DNA from: an uncultured Gemmatimonadales bacterium
GTDB lineage: Bacteria > Gemmatimonadota > Gemmatimonadetes > Longimicrobiales > Gaopeijiaceae
Assembly: GCA_963809895.1 (NCBI GenBank)
Contig: CAWELD010000003.1
Coordinates: forward strand, 2,656,001 to 2,720,000
Length of the DNA stretch: 64,000 nt
Direction: 5' to 3'
Of this stretch, positions 38,594 through 49,827 are shown in pieces. The translations under genes and the position numbers were made by a program. Below the pieces are notes generated by a model. It was given only the letters and a program-made list of their open reading frames with translations, searched no databases and was not told the DNA's origin. Position 1 is the stretch's first letter. The number at the start of each line of letters is the position of its first letter.

Positions 38594-41172
38594 GCCGTTC
38601 GCCCATGGCGGCCCGGACGACCCTGTGGGTGCTGGCCGCCACCCTGGCCGCCACGGCCCCCGCCGCGGCCCAGGACGACGCCTCGCCGGGAGCACGGGCC
38701 CGCGAGCTGGCCCGGAGCGGCCGCTACCAGGACGCCCTGGCCCTCCTGGGCGGCGATACCGGGCCGGCTCCCGATCCGGCGCTGGAGGTGCAGCGCGGCG
38801 AGCTCCTCCTGGACGTGGGCCGCTGGGACGACGCCGAGGCCTCCTTCCGGCGGGCAGTGCAGAGCCGCGCTCCGGCCCGGTCGCTGGCGCAGCTCCGCCT
38901 CGGGGAGATCCAGGACCTGCGCGGCCACGGCGACGAGGCCGCCCGCGTCTACGACGGCTTCATCGACCTCTACAACGGAGGCGGCCAGCTGTCGGCCACG
39001 GACCTGCTGGCCGTGGGGCTGGCGGTGGCCCACCTGGGCCGCCGGAGCTCGGTGCTCTTCCAGGACGCGCTCAAGGCGTTGGACGAGGCCGCGGCCGCCG
39101 ATCCCGGCGACCCGCGCGTGCCGCTAGCCATCGGCGATCTCTTCCTGGCCAAGTACAACTCCACCGAAGCCCACGACGCGTACCGGCAGGTGCTGGAGAC
39201 CGACCCGGAGAATCCCGACGCGCTCCTGGGCGAGGCCCGGGCCCTGGACTTCGACGGCGACGGGCGCGCGCTGGAGACGGTGGAGAAGGCGCTGGACGTC
39301 AATCCCCGTCACCCGGGCGCCCTGACCTTCCTGGCGCGGCTGCACCTGAAGGCGGAGGAGTACGACGAGGCCCGGAACGCCGCCGAAGCGGCGCTGGAGA
39401 CGAATCCCAACAGCCTGCAGGCACTCTCCGTCCTGGCAGCCACCGAGCACCTGCGCGGTGACGAGGCGGCGTACGCCCGGGTGCGGGACCGGGCGCTGGC
39501 GCTGAATCCGGCGTACGCGGACCTCTTCGTCACCGTGGGCGAGCTCGCCGTGGACCACCGCAAGTACGCCGACGCCGTGTCGCTGGCCCGCGAGGCCGTG
39601 CGGCGGGACTCGCTGTCCTGGGAGGGCTGGGGCCTGCTGGGCATGAACCGGCTCCGCACCGGCGAGATCGAGCAGGGCCGCCGCGACCTGGAGAAGGCGT
39701 TCCAGGGGGATCCCTACAACCCCTGGTACAAGAACACCCTGGACCTGCTGGACACCTTCCAGGACTACACGACCGTCACCACGCCCCACTTCCACCTGGT
39801 GATGCGGAAGGACGAAGCGGACATCCTGGCCACCTACGCCACGACCCTCGCCGAAGAGGCCTACGCCGCGCTGCGGGCGCGCTACGGCGCCGAACCCCCG
39901 ACGCCCATCCGCCTGGAGATCTTCCCGCGCCACGCGGATTTCTCGGTGCGCACGCTGGGACTCGTGGGGTTGGGCGCCCTGGGCGTGAGCTTCGGCAGCA
40001 CCCTGGTCATGGACTCGCCCTCGGCCCGGGAGCCCGGCGACTTCAACTGGCAGAGCACCCTCTGGCACGAGCTGGCCCACGCCTTCCACCTGGCCATGAC
40101 GGACCACAACGTGCCGCGCTGGTTCAGCGAGGGCCTGGCCATGCGCGAGCAGCGGGTCGCCCACGCCTACTGGGGCTTCGGGGCCAGCGTGGCCTTCCTG
40201 CAGGCCTACCAGTCCGGACGCATGCCTCCGGTGAGCCACCTCAACGAGGCCTTCGTACGTCCCACCTTCCCCGGGCAGGTGCCACTGGCCTACTACGAGG
40301 CCTCGCTGGTCTTCGACTGGATGGAAGAGACCCACGGCTTCCAGGCCGTGCGCGCCTTCCTGCAGGGTTACGGGCGGGAGGAGTCCACCGCCGAGCTCAC
40401 GCGCTCGGTCCTGGGCATGTCGCCCGACGAGCTGGACGACACCTTCGACGACTACGTGCGCGAGCGCTTCCGCGGGGCGCTCAGGGCCACCGCCGAAACC
40501 GGCTCGCCCTTGTCGGGCATGTTCGGTCAGGTGGGTCCGGCGAACCCGGCCGCGCCGTCGCTGGACGACCTGCGGCGGTCCGTGCGCCAGCGACCCGGAG
40601 ACTTCAGCGCCCAGCTCGCGCTGGGCCGGGCGCTGGCGGCCGACGAGCAGTGGGACGAGGCCGAAGAGCACCTGCGTACGGCGCTGGAGCTCTTCCCCGA
40701 GTACGGAGGGCCCGACGGCCCGCTCCTCTACCTGGCCCGCATGTACAACGCGCGCGGCGACAAGGAGGAGGCCGCCGACGCGCTCCAGGCCATGGGCGAG
40801 CTGGGCGAGAACCTCTACGACGTGCACCTGGCCGAAGCCGGCCTCAGACGGGAGCTGGGCGATCCGGCGGGCGAGCGCCGGGCGCTGGCGCGGGCGGTGG
40901 AGATCTATCCGTACGACATGGACGTGCACGGCCGCCTGGCGGAGCTGATGGCGGAGGCCGGAGACCGGCAGGGGGCGGTGCGGGAGCGACGGGCCATCCT
41001 GGCGCTGAAGCCGGTAGACGCCGCCGACGCCCACTACCGCCTGGCCCTGGCGCTCCGTGACGCCGGCGACCGCGACGAGGCACGCACGCAGGTGCTCAGG
41101 GCGCTGGAGGTGGCGCCGGGCTTCGAGCCCGCCCTGGACCTGCTCCTGGAGTTGCGGGGAGGTGGCTCGTGA
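38590..41172 (+). CDS. TPR-repeat protein with MA-clan zinc peptidase domain (860 aa)
   Basis: Signal peptide; multiple TPRs; LWHELAH...PRWFSEGLA; AYYEAS. Confidence 0.85.
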   Translation: MSRSPMAARTTLWVLAATLAATAPAAAQDDASPGARARELARSGRYQDALALLGGDTGPAPDPALEVQRGELLLDVGRWDDAEASFRRAVQSRAPARSLAQLRLGEIQDLRGHGDEAARVYDGFIDLYNGGGQLSATDLLAVGLAVAHLGRRSSVLFQDALKALDEAAAADPGDPRVPLAIGDLFLAKYNSTEAHDAYRQVLETDPENPDALLGEARALDFDGDGRALETVEKALDVNPRHPGALTFLARLHLKAEEYDEARNAAEAALETNPNSLQALSVLAATEHLRGDEAAYARVRDRALALNPAYADLFVTVGELAVDHRKYADAVSLAREAVRRDSLSWEGWGLLGMNRLRTGEIEQGRRDLEKAFQGDPYNPWYKNTLDLLDTFQDYTTVTTPHFHLVMRKDEADILATYATTLAEEAYAALRARYGAEPPTPIRLEIFPRHADFSVRTLGLVGLGALGVSFGSTLVMDSPSAREPGDFNWQSTLWHELAHAFHLAMTDHNVPRWFSEGLAMREQRVAHAYWGFGASVAFLQAYQSGRMPPVSHLNEAFVRPTFPGQVPLAYYEASLVFDWMEETHGFQAVRAFLQGYGREESTAELTRSVLGMSPDELDDTFDDYVRERFRGALRATAETGSPLSGMFGQVGPANPAAPSLDDLRRSVRQRPGDFSAQLALGRALAADEQWDEAEEHLRTALELFPEYGGPDGPLLYLARMYNARGDKEEAADALQAMGELGENLYDVHLAEAGLRRELGDPAGERRALARAVEIYPYDMDVHGRLAELMAEAGDRQGAVRERRAILALKPVDAADAHYRLALALRDAGDRDEARTQVLRALEVAPGFEPALDLLLELRGGGS

Positions 41173-41981
41173 GGGCCCCCACCGTGCTCCTGACCGCCGG
41201 GCTGGTCGTGGCCGCCGCCGGTGTGGCGAGGGCCACCGGAGTCCTGCCGGCGCCGCCGGTCCCCCGGGCCCGCTTCGCGTCGTCGTCGGCCTCGCCCCAG
41301 GAATATCCCGAGGTGCCCTACGACGGGCGCTTCACCTTCGTGCGCATCCGCTACACGGTGGGTGGCGGCAGCGGCATGAGGGGCTTCGGCAGGCGCCGGG
41401 AGGATCCCTGGCACCACGACTATCCCAGGGCCGAGACCAACTTCGCCAAGATCATCGCGGAGACCACCCTCATCGATCCGTTCATGGACGGTAGCCGCAT
41501 CCTGCGCATGGACGATCCGGAGGTCTTCAAGTACCCCATCATCTACGTGGTGGAGGTGGGGTACTGGAATCCCGGCCAGGCCGAGATCGATGCGCTGGGA
41601 GAGTACCTGCAGAAGGGGGGATTCCTGATCGTGGACGACTTCCGCGGCCGGGACATCTACCAGATCCAGGCCATCCTGCAGCAGGCGCTGCCCGGCGTGA
41701 AGCTGCTCGAGGTCCCCGACGACCACGAGATCTTCAACTCCTTCTTCCGCATCGACGATCCGCACTCGCTGCTGCCGCCCTACGACCGCCGCGACGTGCC
41801 CGTCTACGTCGGGGTCTTCGAAGACAACGATCCCACGAAGCGGCTGATGGCCATCCTGAACTACAACAACGACATCGCCGAGTACTGGGAGTTCTCCGAC
41901 GTCGGATACTATCCCATCGACCTCTCCAACGAGGCCTACAAGTTCGGGGTCAACTATCTGGTGTACGCCATGACCCACTGA
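41169..41981 (+). CDS. Second DUF4159 domain protein
   Basis: FTFVRIRY; WHHDYPRAE; YLQKGGFLIVDDF; NNDIAEYWE; FGVNYLVY. Confidence 0.85.
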   Translation: MRAPTVLLTAGLVVAAAGVARATGVLPAPPVPRARFASSSASPQEYPEVPYDGRFTFVRIRYTVGGGSGMRGFGRRREDPWHHDYPRAETNFAKIIAETTLIDPFMDGSRILRMDDPEVFKYPIIYVVEVGYWNPGQAEIDALGEYLQKGGFLIVDDFRGRDIYQIQAILQQALPGVKLLEVPDDHEIFNSFFRIDDPHSLLPPYDRRDVPVYVGVFEDNDPTKRLMAILNYNNDIAEYWEFSDVGYYPIDLSNEAYKFGVNYLVYAMTH

Positions 41982-42065
41982 CGCCCGGCCGTGGCGCGCT
42001 CTCGAAGCGCGCAGCGACGCGACGCAATCACATCAGCAAGGGGTGAAGCTTTGACGGAGGACGTG

Positions 42066-43091
42066 ATGGATCCCGCCCGTCTCGAGGGCGAGGACGAGGT
42101 CGCACTGGCCGACCGCATGAAGGCCGGCCGGGAGGCGATCCTGGGCGAGATCCGCAAACGCATCGTGGGACAGGACGACGTGGTCGACCAGGTCCTCCTT
42201 ACCCTCTTCGTGGGCGGCAACTCCCTGCTCGTGGGCGTGCCGGGGTTGGCCAAGACCCTGCTCATTCGCACCGTGGCCGACGTCCTGGACCTGACCTTCT
42301 CGCGCATCCAGTTCACCCCGGACCTCATGCCGTCGGACATCACCGGCACGGACCTGATCCAGGAGGATCCGGCCACCGGCCGTCGTCACATGGTGTTCGA
42401 GCGGGGACCGGTGTTCGCCAACATCGTGCTGGCCGACGAAATCAACCGCACGCCACCGAAGACGCAGGCGGCGCTGCTGGAGGCCATGCAGGAGCACCGG
42501 GTCACGGTGCAGGGCACGACCTACGACCTGGACGAGCCCTTCTACGTCTTCGCCACCCAGAATCCCATCGAGCTGGAGGGTACCTATCCCCTCCCGGAGG
42601 CCCAGCTCGACCGGTTCATGTTCGAGATCGGCATGGACCACCTCTCGGAAGAGGAAGAGCTGGAGGTGGTGCGGACGACGACGGGCATCCAGAACCCGGA
42701 CTTCAAGCACGCGGTCACCGGCGCCGACCTCATGGCCTTCCAGGAGCTGGTGCGGCGCATTCCGGTTCCGGACCCGGTGCTGCGTTACGCCGTCAGCCTG
42801 GTGCGGGCCAGCCGGCCGTCACGCGACGGAGGCGGTCTGGAGTTCGTGAAGAAGTGGATCGCGTACGGCGCCAGCGTGCGCGCCGCCCAGTATCTGGTGC
42901 TGGGAGGAAAGGCACGGGCGCTGACGCGGGGCCGCTACACGCCGTCCTTCGACGACGTGCGAGCGCTGGCGCATCCCGTGCTCCGACACCGCATCCTCAC
43001 CAACTTCCACGCCGAGTCCGAGGGTCGGAGCTCCACCGAGATGATCGACAATCTCCTGGAGCAGGTCCCCACGCCGTCGTCGGGAATGTGA
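42066..43091 (+). CDS. moxR: MoxR-family AAA+ ATPase
   Basis: GGAGG RBS; GVPGLAKT; RIQFTPDLMPSDITG; LADEINRTPPKTQAALLEAMQE; ATQNPIE.EGTYPLPEAQLDRF. Confidence 0.95.
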   Translation: MDPARLEGEDEVALADRMKAGREAILGEIRKRIVGQDDVVDQVLLTLFVGGNSLLVGVPGLAKTLLIRTVADVLDLTFSRIQFTPDLMPSDITGTDLIQEDPATGRRHMVFERGPVFANIVLADEINRTPPKTQAALLEAMQEHRVTVQGTTYDLDEPFYVFATQNPIELEGTYPLPEAQLDRFMFEIGMDHLSEEEELEVVRTTTGIQNPDFKHAVTGADLMAFQELVRRIPVPDPVLRYAVSLVRASRPSRDGGGLEFVKKWIAYGASVRAAQYLVLGGKARALTRGRYTPSFDDVRALAHPVLRHRILTNFHAESEGRSSTEMIDNLLEQVPTPSSGM

Positions 43092-43095
43092 CGCC

Positions 43096-44016
43096 GTGAG
43101 CCACACCCGTGCCCGCGCCGGCATCCCCGGTGCCCAGTTCCTGGACCCCAGGGTCCTGGCCCGGATCGACAACCTCGAGCTCCTGGCCCGGACCGTGGTG
43201 GACGGCTTCCTGAACGGCCTCCACCGGGCCCCCTATCTGGGGCTGAGCATGGACTTCGCCGAGCACCGGCCGTACGTGCCCGGCGACGACACGCGTCACC
43301 TGGACTGGCGCCTGTACGCGCGCACGGACCGGCACTACGTCAAGCAGTACGAGGCGGAGACCAACGCCAACATCGCGGCGCTGGTGGACGTGTCCGCCTC
43401 CATGGACTACGGCAGCGGAGAGATCACGAAGCTGGACTACGCCCGCTACCTCGCTGCCTGCCTGCTCTACTTCTCCAGGCAGCAACGCGACCGGGTGGGC
43501 CTCGCCACCTTCGACGGCCGCATCCGGCAATGGGTGCCCCCTTCCGCCAAGAACCTCGAGCTGGCGCTGGTCACGCTGGACCGGGCCGAGGCCGGCGAGC
43601 CCGGCGACCTGTACGCCTCCATGCTCACCGCCGCCGAGCGCTTGGGCCGGCGGGGGATGGTCCTGGTCGTCAGCGACTTCTACGAGGAGCCCGACCGGGT
43701 CATGGAGTCGCTCCGCCTCCTGCGCGGTCGGGGCCACGATGTGCTGGTCTTCCACGTCCTGGACCCCGCGGAGCTGGAGCTTCCCTTCGAGGACCCGGCG
43801 AGCTTCCAGGACATGGAGACCGGCGAGCAGCTCCCGGTGATCCCCAAGCGCCTGCGCCAGGGGTACCGCGAGATGGTCAGCGCGCACATCGAGGAGCTCA
43901 AGGAACGCATCGGGGGCGAGCGCATGGACTACCTCATGCTGGACACCTCCCAACCGCTGGACCACGCCCTCTTCCGGTATCTCACGATCCGGGAGCGGCG
44001 GGCCCGGGTGAGGTGA
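43096..44016 (+). CDS. DUF58 (vWA-associated) protein
   Basis: GLHR...DFAEHRPYVPGDD.RHLDW..YARTDR.YVKQYE.ETN; DVSASM; VSDF. Confidence 0.92.
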   Translation: MSHTRARAGIPGAQFLDPRVLARIDNLELLARTVVDGFLNGLHRAPYLGLSMDFAEHRPYVPGDDTRHLDWRLYARTDRHYVKQYEAETNANIAALVDVSASMDYGSGEITKLDYARYLAACLLYFSRQQRDRVGLATFDGRIRQWVPPSAKNLELALVTLDRAEAGEPGDLYASMLTAAERLGRRGMVLVVSDFYEEPDRVMESLRLLRGRGHDVLVFHVLDPAELELPFEDPASFQDMETGEQLPVIPKRLRQGYREMVSAHIEELKERIGGERMDYLMLDTSQPLDHALFRYLTIRERRARVR

Positions 44017-44022
44017 CGCGCC

Positions 44023-46170
44023 ATGCCACTCGCCTTCCTGGTCCCGGCGTTCCTGGTCGGATTGGCGGCCATCGTCATCCCCATCGTCATCCACCTCACC
44101 CGCAAGCAGCGGGCGAAGGTGGAGCGCTTTCCGTCGCTCATGTTCCTGGAACGGGTGCCGTACCGTGCCGAGAGCCGGCGGCGCATCCACCACTGGTTCC
44201 TTCTGGCGCTGCGCGCGTTGGCGGTGGTGCTCCTGGTGCTGGCCTTCGCCCGGCCCTTCTTCCAGGACGAGGTGGCCGAAGGCGTGGCCGCCACCGGCCC
44301 GACGGAGCGTGTCATCCTGCTCGACCGTTCGTACTCCATGAGCGTGGGGGACCACTGGCAGCGGGCGCTGGACGCGGCAGGGCAGGCCGCGGCCGAGCTG
44401 GGCCCCCTGGACCGGGTGAGCCTGGTGCTCTTCGATCAGGGCGCCGCGGCCGCCGTGCGCTCGGCGGGGGAAGCCTCCCGCATCCGGGCGGTGTTGGACA
44501 CGGTGACGGTGAGCGACCGGGCCACGCGCTACGGTCCGGCGCTCAAGCTGGCGCAGACCATCCTGGAGGAGTCCGAGCTGCCCGGACGGGAGCTGGTGCT
44601 GGTCAGCGACCTGCAGCGCTCGGGGTGGACGGGCGAGGAGGGGGTCGACCTGCCCGCCGGCACCGAGGTGCGTACGGTTCCCCTGGGCGGACCGCCGCCG
44701 GCCAACACCGCCGTCGCCGAGGTGACGCTGGCCCGGGACCTCTTCCAGGGCCGGGAGCGCATCACTCCCACTGCCCGCGTCACCCGGGTGGGTGGCGATG
44801 CGCCGCTGGAGGTGACGGCGCACCTGGAGGTGGACGGCCGTGAGCTCCAGGCCCGCAGCGTGACGCTGCCCGCTTCCGGCGCCGTGCCCGTCAGCTTTCA
44901 GCCGTTCACGCTGGCGGACCGGCACACCATGGGCACCGTGCGCGTCGACGACGACGAGCTGCCCCAGGACAACGCCCGCCACTTCGTGCTGAGCCCCGGC
45001 CGGGCCACGGCGGTGCTGGTCCTGGATGCGCCGGGACGGGGCCCGGACGCCAGCCTGTACCTGGCCGGCGCGCTGCGCATCTCCGGCGACCAGGCCTTTC
45101 AGGTGCGGGTCAGCCAGGGCGGCGTTCCCGGCCAGGACGCGCTGGAGGGCTACCAGGTCGTAGTGCTGAACGACCGCCCCTTCCCCACCGGATCCGAGGG
45201 CACGCGGCTGCGCCGTTTCGTCGAGGGCGGCGGGGGCCTGCTCCTGGTGGCCGGCGATCGCGGCCGCTGGCCCGACGAGGCCGACGACCTCTTCCCGGGC
45301 ACGCTGGGAGCGGCGCAGGACCGCGAGGAGGGACGGGGTGGGCGACTGGGCTACCTGGACTACGACCACCCCGTGTTCGAGATCTTCCGCGGACCCCGGC
45401 GGGGGGATTTCTCCGCGGCGCGCTTCTTCCGCGCCCGCTCGTGGCAGGTCCCCCAGGCGGACACCACGGTGACGCTGCTCGCGCGCTTCGACGACGGCTC
45501 GCCGGCGCTGGCCGAGCGTCGCCCCGGCGAGGGCCGGGTCCTGGTGTGGGCGTCCACCCTGGATGCATTCTGGACGGACCTGGCGCTGCAACCGGTGTAT
45601 CTACCGTTCGTGCATCAGCTCGTCCGGTACGCATCGGGCCGCACCGACGTGCTGGACGCGTTCACCGCCGGGCAGGTCCTGGACGTGAGCGATGCCCGCG
45701 CCATGGAGACGGCGGGCCTGGGCGAGGTCACCGAAGCGCTGGCCGCCGCAGAGGAACGGGTGGTGCTGACCCCCTCGGGCGACAGCCGGCCACTGCCGGT
45801 GGGAGACGAGCCCCGTTTCCTCGAGCTCGAGGAGCAGGGGTTCTATCAGATCCGCCCTCCGGGCCGCTCGGACATGCGGCCCGTGTCGGTGGCGGTGAAC
45901 GTGGATCCGGCGGAGGCCGAGCTGGAGCCGCTGGATCCCCAGGAGGTGGAAGCCGCCATCCTTGGAAACGGCACCGGTCGTCCGGGCGCGGGACCCGGCG
46001 ATGGAGCCCGGGCGCAGGAGCTGAGGCGGGAGGATCGGGAAAAGCGCCAGTCGCTCTGGCGCTGGCTGCTGGGCGCGGCCTTCGTCTTGTTGGCCGCGGA
46101 GACGGTACTGTCGAACCGCCTGTCCCGAGGGACAGGGAGGACACGGACGCATGCAGAAGCCACGGGATGA
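44023..46170 (+). CDS. BatA N-terminal + vWA + GATase-like membrane protein
   Basis: FL.P..L.GLAAIVIPIVIHL..FPSLMFL (BatA); LDRSYSM...VSDLQ (vWA); C-terminal LWRWLL TM. Confidence 0.85.
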   Translation: MPLAFLVPAFLVGLAAIVIPIVIHLTRKQRAKVERFPSLMFLERVPYRAESRRRIHHWFLLALRALAVVLLVLAFARPFFQDEVAEGVAATGPTERVILLDRSYSMSVGDHWQRALDAAGQAAAELGPLDRVSLVLFDQGAAAAVRSAGEASRIRAVLDTVTVSDRATRYGPALKLAQTILEESELPGRELVLVSDLQRSGWTGEEGVDLPAGTEVRTVPLGGPPPANTAVAEVTLARDLFQGRERITPTARVTRVGGDAPLEVTAHLEVDGRELQARSVTLPASGAVPVSFQPFTLADRHTMGTVRVDDDELPQDNARHFVLSPGRATAVLVLDAPGRGPDASLYLAGALRISGDQAFQVRVSQGGVPGQDALEGYQVVVLNDRPFPTGSEGTRLRRFVEGGGGLLLVAGDRGRWPDEADDLFPGTLGAAQDREEGRGGRLGYLDYDHPVFEIFRGPRRGDFSAARFFRARSWQVPQADTTVTLLARFDDGSPALAERRPGEGRVLVWASTLDAFWTDLALQPVYLPFVHQLVRYASGRTDVLDAFTAGQVLDVSDARAMETAGLGEVTEALAAAEERVVLTPSGDSRPLPVGDEPRFLELEEQGFYQIRPPGRSDMRPVSVAVNVDPAEAELEPLDPQEVEAAILGNGTGRPGAGPGDGARAQELRREDREKRQSLWRWLLGAAFVLLAAETVLSNRLSRGTGRTRTHAEATG

Positions 46171-46174
46171 CGGG

Positions 46175-49100
46175 ATGAGACACGACACGCTGCGGGGGAT
46201 CCTCCACCGTGTGCGACGCCGCTGGCGTCTGCACCTCGTGCTCCGGGGGGCCGCCATCGTGCTGGGCGCCACCCTGGTGGCCTTCGTCGCGTCCGCGTGG
46301 GGGCTCGAATGGGCCCGCTTCTCGCCGGTGGCCGTCACCACGCTGCGCTGGGTGGTGTGGGGCTCCGTGCTGGCACTCGCCGCGTGGTTCCTGGTCCGGC
46401 CCCTCCTCAAGCGGGTGGGTGACGAGCAGGTGGCGCTGTACCTGGAGGAGCACGAGCCCACCCTCGAGGCCGCCATCATGGGTGCGGTGGAAGCGAGTCG
46501 GGCCCGCGAGCGCGGCGACGCGCTGGCCTCCGAAGCGCTTCTGGACCGGTTGGTGGCCCGGGCCGTGGAACGGGCTCGCTCCGTCGACGAGGGGCGTCGC
46601 ATCGAGCAGCAGGGCCTCTACCGCGCCAGCGGCGCCCTGGCGGGGGTCACCCTGGTGCTGCTGGCCCTCCTCCTGTTCGGCCCGGTGAGCATCCGCACGG
46701 GTGTGTCGGCCCTCATGCCGAACCGCTCGGCCGCCGAGGTGAATCCGTACTCCATCGACGTCTCGCCCGGCGACATCACGGTGGCGAGAGGATCGGACCA
46801 GTTCGTGCAGGCGAGCCTGGTGGGGTTCGCCTCGGAAGAGGTTGCGCTCTTCACGCGTAGCGGCGAAGGGGAGCCCTACCGCCGCATGTCCATGATCCCC
46901 GGTGCGGACGGCGCGTTCGAGGTCATGCTCCTCGATCTGGACGACGCCACCGACTACTTCGTGGAGTCCGACGGCATCCGCTCCGGAACCTTCCACATCG
47001 ACGTCGCGGACCTGCCCTACGTCGACCGCATGCAGCACGAGTATCACTATCCCGCCTATACCGGCATGGAGCCCAGGGTGGTGGAGGACGCGGGCGACGT
47101 GGCGGCGCTTCCCGGCACCGAGGTGCGGGTGAGGATCACGCCGACGCTGGCCACGCCGGCGGGTCGCCTCAGGTGGGCGAGGGCGAATACGTTCCTCTCG
47201 AGGCGCAGCCCGACGGCAGCCTGACGGGGACGCTGAAGGTCCAGGAAGAGGGCTACTACCAGGTGGACCTGGCCATGGCCGACGGCACCTTCGTGGAGGC
47301 CTCGCCGCAATACACCATCGACCTGCTGAGCGACGCGCCCCCGGCGGTGCGATTCACGACCCCCGGTCGCGACAGCCCGGCCAGCCCCATCGAAGAGGTC
47401 TACCTCGAGGCGCAGGCCGACGACGACTACGGCGTGGACCAGCTCCTCCTGGTCTACTCCGTGAACGGCGAGGCCGAGGACACGGTCGCGCTGCACGCCG
47501 GTGGCCGGCCGCTCACCGAGGTGACCGCGGGACACACGCTCTATCTGGAGGAGTTCGAGGTGGAGCCCGGCGATGTCGTGAGCTACTACGGTGTGGCCAG
47601 GGATCGGCAGGGCAGAGCCACTGAGGCGGTGAGCGACATCTATTTCGTGAACGTCCAGCCCTTCGGTCGGGACTTCAAGGAAGGCGAACAGCAGGGCGGT
47701 CCGCCGCAGGGCGGCCAGGGCGCGGGCGCCGGCAACCAGGCCGAGTTGAGCCAGCTGCAGCGGCAGGTCATCGCCGCCACCTTCAATCTCAACCGTGATC
47801 GCGACCGCTACAGCGACGAGGAATTCGGCGAGAGCACGGTGAGCGTCGCGCTGGCCCAGGGGCGGGTGCGCGAGCAGGTCTCCACGCTGGTGGAGCGCAT
47901 GACGAACCGGGGTCTGGCCGAGGCCGAAGACCAGTTCAAGGAGATCGCGGAGATGCTGCCCGAGGCCATGGAGGCCATGGAGACGGCCGAGGCGGATCTG
48001 CGCGACGGCAAGACCCGGGACGCGCTCTCTCCCGAACAGCAGGCACTGCGCGTGCTGCAGAAGGCCGAGGAGACCTACGAGCGCTACGTGACCAATCAGC
48101 AGCAGAGCGGCGGCGGGGGTGGGGGCGGCGGCAATCAAGCCAACGCCGAGGACCTGGCAGACCTCTTCGAGCTCGAGCTCGACAAGCTCGAGAACCAGTA
48201 CGAGACGGTGCAGCGGGGCGAGCGCCAGCAGGCCAACGCCGAGGTGGACGAAGTGCTGGAGAAGCTGGACGAGCTCGCCCGCCGCCAGCAGGCCGAAGGC
48301 GAGCGGCAGCGGGCGCGGGCCCAGCAGGGTCAAACGTCGTCCGGCGGGCAGTCGGCGGCCGGTCAGCGTGAGCTCGCCGACCAGGCGGAGGAGGCCGCCC
48401 GGCAGCTCCAGCGGCTGGCGCGCCAGAACGGCGACCAGCAGCTCGACGAAGCCGCGCGCCGGCTGCAGGAGGCCGCACAGGCCATGCGCAACGCCGCCGC
48501 CCGGGGCGGCAACGCCGGGGTGGCCGAATCGGCGCGGGCCCTGGACCGGCTCCAGGACGCGCAGCGGCGCCTGCAGCGGGCGCGGGAGAACCGCGTGACC
48601 GAAGACGCCCAGAACGCGCTGGACCGGGTGGAGCGACTGCAGCAGGAGCAGGCGGAGATCTCCAGGGCCGTGGAGGACATGCCCGAGGATCCGTCCGCCC
48701 GCACCGAGGTGGTCGAGCGCCTGAAGGAACGCAAGACCAGCATGGCTGAAGAGGTGGGCTCGCTGCAGCGTGACATGAAACGGTTGTCTGCAGACGCCCG
48801 CCAGGAGGATCCGGAAGCGGCGCGGGCCATCGACGACGCCGCCAACGCCATCGAGGAGGGCAACCTCACCGCCAAGATCCTCTACTCACGAGGCGTGGTG
48901 GAGCAGCGTGAAAAGGAGCTGGCGCGGGTGTTCGAGCGGGGCCTGGAAGAAGATCTGGAGGCGTTGCGGAAGAAGGTGGAGAACGCCGCCAAGGTGGCTC
49001 AGGGCCTGGCGGACGCCCAGGGCATGGAAGAGGCGCTGGACCGCGCCCAGGACCTGGTCCAGGGCGTGGAGTCCCTCAACGAGCGCATGCAGAACAGGGA

Positions 49101-49827
49101 CCGCGGTGAAGAGCGCGACTCCTTGGCGGAAGGGGGCGCGGCAGGCCAGCGCCGGCTCGGGGATCGTCCCGGTGAGCAGGGTGAGCAGCAGCAGGGTCAA
49201 GGCGGCCAGCAGCAGGGTCAACAGGGCGGCCAGCAACAGGGACAGCAGGGCAGCCAGCAGCAGGGGCAGCAGGGTGGCCAGCAACAGGGGCAGCAAGGCG
49301 GCCAGCAACAGGGTCAGCAAGGCGGCCAGCAGCAGGGCCAGGGTGGGCAACAAGGTGGGCAGCAGCAGGGCGGCCAACAGGGGCGCGGCGGCAACGCCGA
49401 CGTCCTGGGCGGGTCCTTCAATGGTGGTGCCACCCGAGGCTCCCCTCGACCCTACACGGACGAGGAGATCCGACAGTTCCGCCGCGAGTTCCAGCAGCGC
49501 TACGCGGATGCACAGGCACTTCGTGACGCCCTGCGCCAACAGGGGCAGGACACGCAGGACCTGGACCGGGCCCTGGACGCCCTGCGGCAGCTCCAGGTCG
49601 ACGAAACCTACGGCGACCTGCCGCAGATCGCCGCCCTGCGCGGCCAGCTCACGGAGAGCCTGGGCCGCCTGGAGTTCAGCCTGCGCCGTCAGGTGGAAGG
49701 TGAAGACACCGGGCGGGCGGCATTGCGGGGCAGCGACGACGTTCCGCCGGGGTTCCGGAAGCTGGTCGAGGAGTACTACCGAGCCCTGGCCCGGGGGAAC
49801 GGCAACGGCGGCGGAGGCCAACGGTGA
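46175..49827 (+). CDS. Large membrane-anchored Ig-like/coiled-coil protein (DUF4175-like), -1 frameshift near 47170
   Basis: N-terminal TMs, beta-rich middle (ADDDYGV), long Q/E/R/A coiled coils, C-terminal VPPGFRKLVEEYYRALA; the 46151 and 47173 ORFs join by adding one base. Confidence 0.8.
49171..49383 (+). repeat. In-frame Gly/Gln tandem repeat (24-nt unit, GGQQQGQQ)
   Basis: Five full 24-nt units at 49201-49320 plus degenerate flanks, with synonymous variation between units. Confidence 0.9.
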
